Position numbers and translations under genes: made by a program
Shown here: positions 60,009-64,000 of the stretch, piece by piece
How positions within the stretch are numbered: position 1 is the first letter of the stretch
Layout of the letters: each line of letters begins with the position of its first letter
The notes under the pieces: generated by a model
Seen by the model: the letters and a program-made list of their open reading frames with translations, nothing else
The model's database searches: none
Told to the model about the DNA's origin: nothing
From: Macrostomum lignano
Taxonomy: Eukaryota
Assembly: GCA_002269645.1 (NCBI GenBank)
Contig: NIVC01002425.1
Location: 1 to 64,000 of the forward strand
DNA: 64,000 nucleotides
Direction of reading: 5' to 3'

Positions 60009-60381
60009 GTGGCGCCCTGTTCTATCACTACACTACAGTACTACAGTTGCACTACAGTTTTCATTGGGAGACTGTTCGTAAATTATGCACAGTATTACGC
60101 TTATTTATAAAGAAAATATTGAATAGCTCCCGATCAACTGTTCCTTGACTTTGGTAGGAAGTCCGCTCTTACCAAATCATTTCCCCTGTCCGTCTCCCGG
60201 CTGTCAATCAAAATTAAGGAACCTATGTAATCTGTAACGAAAAAGAAATATAAGAGCGATTTGCTGGATCTCTTTTTAGCCAGTAAATAGTTTCGTAGCT
60301 TTAGGGTTGCCTACTATAGCCAGGGCTAACGTAAACATTGCTCTGCCTTTTGTCTGCTGGATCGGTTGTATAGGATTAGGA

Positions 60382-61171
<790 letters not shown>

Positions 61172-62128
61172 CGCAGCGGCCCATCCCGAGGCCAAATTTA
61201 TAACAAAATTGCAACACCGCATTTCAATCCGGAGGGAAGCGATCGAGACGGAACGCGAGGAAGAGGCAAAGCGCCAATTAGTAATCAGAGAGAAACCGCC
61301 CCTCTGTATCCGATTTCGTGGAATTTTTAACCCTCCTCCCCCGCGATCCCGTGCCCCGCATGGAGTTCAGAATCGATGCGTCTGGATAGGAAACAAAAAA
61401 TCATACGCAGCCGCCACCACTTGATTTAGGCGGGTCTTTCAAAGAACTATAACCAATTCATGTTTCCGGTATTGTTCTAAAAGATAAATACTTGCTGGAG
61501 GCTGCGAGGACCGCCCATTCCGCTGACTTCTGAGCAACTACAGGCGTGCAAAATAATGAGGCTCAACCAATGGTTGTTGTGCGAGACTCAGATGCGCTTA
61601 CCATTGAGCAATCCAATCCGGATGTCTAATATTTTTAGAAGTCCACGCACGCGCGCGTAAGAACTGCACACGCCAAGGCCCCCCCCCTCCTCGATATTTT
61701 TACCTCAGTCAGTCTGCACAACTGTAAAGTGCCGCCAGCACTTTATTCGCTGACTTTGCCGCTACCCATGCAGTAGCTCTTTCCTACCCCAGATGGGGAA
61801 AATGGGGAATAAAAATTTGTCCGATCTGGGTTGGGAGGGGTACAGTATAACATACACACACAAGCATATTTACACATATTCCCTATTCGAACACTACATA
61901 TCTGGGGGTGGGTGGGCGGCACTGGTCTGTGCGGTACTGCAGTATTCTGGCAGCCAATCAGAATCGAGAGCTGGTGACCCTATGCTCCGTGTGGCATATT
62001 TTTACCTGATATGGTTTTAAGCGGAACCACATTGATTTCTATCGCTCTTCACCGCTCTTCCGTTTCTACCAATTTTTCCCACTCTGAGATTAGAAGAGTG
62101 CAATCGCAAGTGATTACGAAAATCAATC

Positions 62129-63905
62129 ATGACAGCAGATCACGAGGAAAAGCAGAAGTTTGAATATAAGGATTATCGTGAGTGCTATTGAATCAGGATT
62201 AGGGCTGCTTTATTCAGGATTCGGGGTTGCTTCATTCTGGATTCGGGGTTGCTTCATTCTGGATTCGGGGTTGCTTGATTCTGGATTCGGGGTTGCTTCA
62301 TTCTGGATTCGGGGTTGCTTGATTCTGGATTCGGGGTTGCTTCATTCTGGATTCGGGGTTGCTTCATTTTGGATTCGGGGTTGCTTGATTCACGATTCGG
62401 GTTGCTTGATTCTGGATTCGGGTTGCTTGATTCTGGATTCGGGGCTGCTTCATTCTGGATTCGGGGTTGCTTGATTCACGATTCGGGTTGCTTGATTCTG
62501 GATTCGGGGTTGCTTGATTCTGGATTCGGGTTGCTTGATTCTGGATTCGGGGTTGCTTGATTCTGGATTCGGGTTGCTTGATTCTGGATTCGGGTTGCTT
62601 GATTCTGGATTCGGGGTTGCTTTATTCTGGATTCGGGGTTGCTTCATTCTGGATTCGGGGTTGCTTGATTCACGATTCGGGTTGCTTGATTCTGGATTCG
62701 GGGTTGCTTGATTCAGAATTCGGGTGGCTTGATTCACGATTCGGGTTGCTTGATTCTGAAAAATTACCGTTTGATTCAGGAAAAATAGCGCTTGACTCAA
62801 AGTATAGGTGCTTGCTTTAGGACACAGGGTAGCTGATTAAAGATTTGGATAACTCAGGTCGCTTGATTCATGATCAGCGATGCTTGGTTCAGGATCAGTA
62901 GCGCTTGGTTCAGGATCAGTAGCGCTTGGTTCAGGATCAGTAGCGCTTGGTTCAGGATCAGTAGCGCTTGATTCGGGATCAGTAGCGCTTGATTCAGTAT
63001 CTGTGGTGCTTGATTCGGGATCAGTAGCGCTTGATTCGGGATCAGTAGTCCTTGATTCAGGATCAGTAGCGCTTGGTTCAGGATCAGTAGCGCTTGGTTC
63101 AGGATCAGTAGCGCTTGGTTCAGGATCAGTAGCGCTTGGTTCAGGATCAGTAGCGCTTGGTTCAGGATCAGTAGCGCTTGATTCAGGATCAGTAGCGCTT
63201 GATTCAGGATCAGTAGCGCTTGATTCAGGATCAGTAGCGCTTGATTCAGGATCAGCGATGCTTGGTTCAGGATCAGCGATGCTTGGTTCAGGATCAGTAG
63301 CGCTTGATTCAGGATCAGTAGCGCTTGATTCAGGATCAGTAGCGCTTGATTCAGGATCAGCGATGCTTGGTTCAGGATCAGTAGCGCTTGGTTCAGGATC
63401 AGTAGCGCTTGGTTCAGGATCAGTAGCGCTTGGTTCAGAATCAGTAGCGCTTGGTTCAGGATCAGCGATGCTTGGTTCAGGATCAGTAGCGCTTGATTCG
63501 GGATCAGTAGCGCTTGATTCAGTATCAGTGGTGCTTGATTCGGGATCAGTAGTCCTTGATTCAGGATCAGTGGTGCTTGATTCAGGATGAGTAGCGCTTG
63601 GTTCAGGATCAGTAGCGCTTGGTTCAGGATCAGTGGTGCTTGATTCAGGATGAGTAGCGCTTGATTCAGGATCAGTAGCGCTTGGTTCAGGATCAGTGGT
63701 GCTTGATTCAGGATCAGTAGCGCTTGGTTCAGGATCAGTAGCGCTTGGTTCAGGATCAGTGGTGCTTGATTCAGGATGAGTAGCGCTTGATTCAGGATCA
63801 GTAGCGCTTGACTCAGGATGCGGAGAACTCAGTTCGCTTGATTCTCGCTACAGAATGTATGACTCAGTAGGACTTCAGGACCCCGATACCCTCTGCTTGC
63901 TAAAG
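62129..63905 (+). CDS. Tentative 5' exons of a gene continuing past the window (62129-62177, 63879-63905): MTADHEEKQKFEYKDYRPRYPLLAK
   Basis: ATG exon ends in C|GTGAGT; phase-compatible small exon CTTCAG|...AAAG|GTACC after two arrays. Confidence 0.35.
62205..62760. repeat. 21-22-bp minisatellite (TTCTGGATTCGGGGTTGCTTGA)n
   Basis: Direct reading. Confidence 0.95.
62880..63818. repeat. 21-bp minisatellite (GGTTCAGGATCAGTAGCGCTT)n
   Basis: Direct reading. Confidence 0.96.
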
Positions 63906-64000
63906 GTACCTATGACTAATCAATCACCGGCAGTCAGTATGAACGGGTAATAACCCCTACGCAACTAAATGTGTGTTGCCATACATCAATCACAGAATCG

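Noticed and set aside
59277-60110. ATG-initiated silk/elastin-like (GAGAP)n ORF
   Set aside because: Identical codons in every unit, open in most frames, and a frame-breaking 16-bp sister array exists
61500-61620. Minus-strand A-box/B-box-like motifs
   Set aside because: Too degenerate to call a tRNA or SINE

Overview
Eukaryotic (animal) genomic DNA, standard code, GT-AG introns. The style (GC-rich exons, introns packed with minisatellites, unpaired acceptors just before start codons) suggests a free-living flatworm such as Macrostomum; this is inference only. Genes rebuilt by hand from splice sites and frame: a DHHC palmitoyltransferase (3 exons), an M14A carboxypeptidase with B-type Asp255 (9 exons), a DEG/ENaC channel (2 exons, minus), RPS28, a TTC23-like TPR protein (6 exons), an NTE/PNPLA6-7-like patatin phospholipase (5 exons, minus), a disrupted CEP290-like fragment, and several orphan ORFs. 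Most long ORFs in the supplied track are artefacts of about 25 tandem arrays (units 4-60 bp). Non-autonomous DNA transposons (hAT, mariner, CMC-like, Merlin-like) and tRNA-derived SINEs are common. Most unusual observations: two decayed copies of the 28S rRNA helix-69/R2-target segment outside rDNA; most introns carrying their own minisatellite, some built from splice-site motifs; arrays growing inside hAT MITEs; and two sharply bounded CpG-depleted domains.
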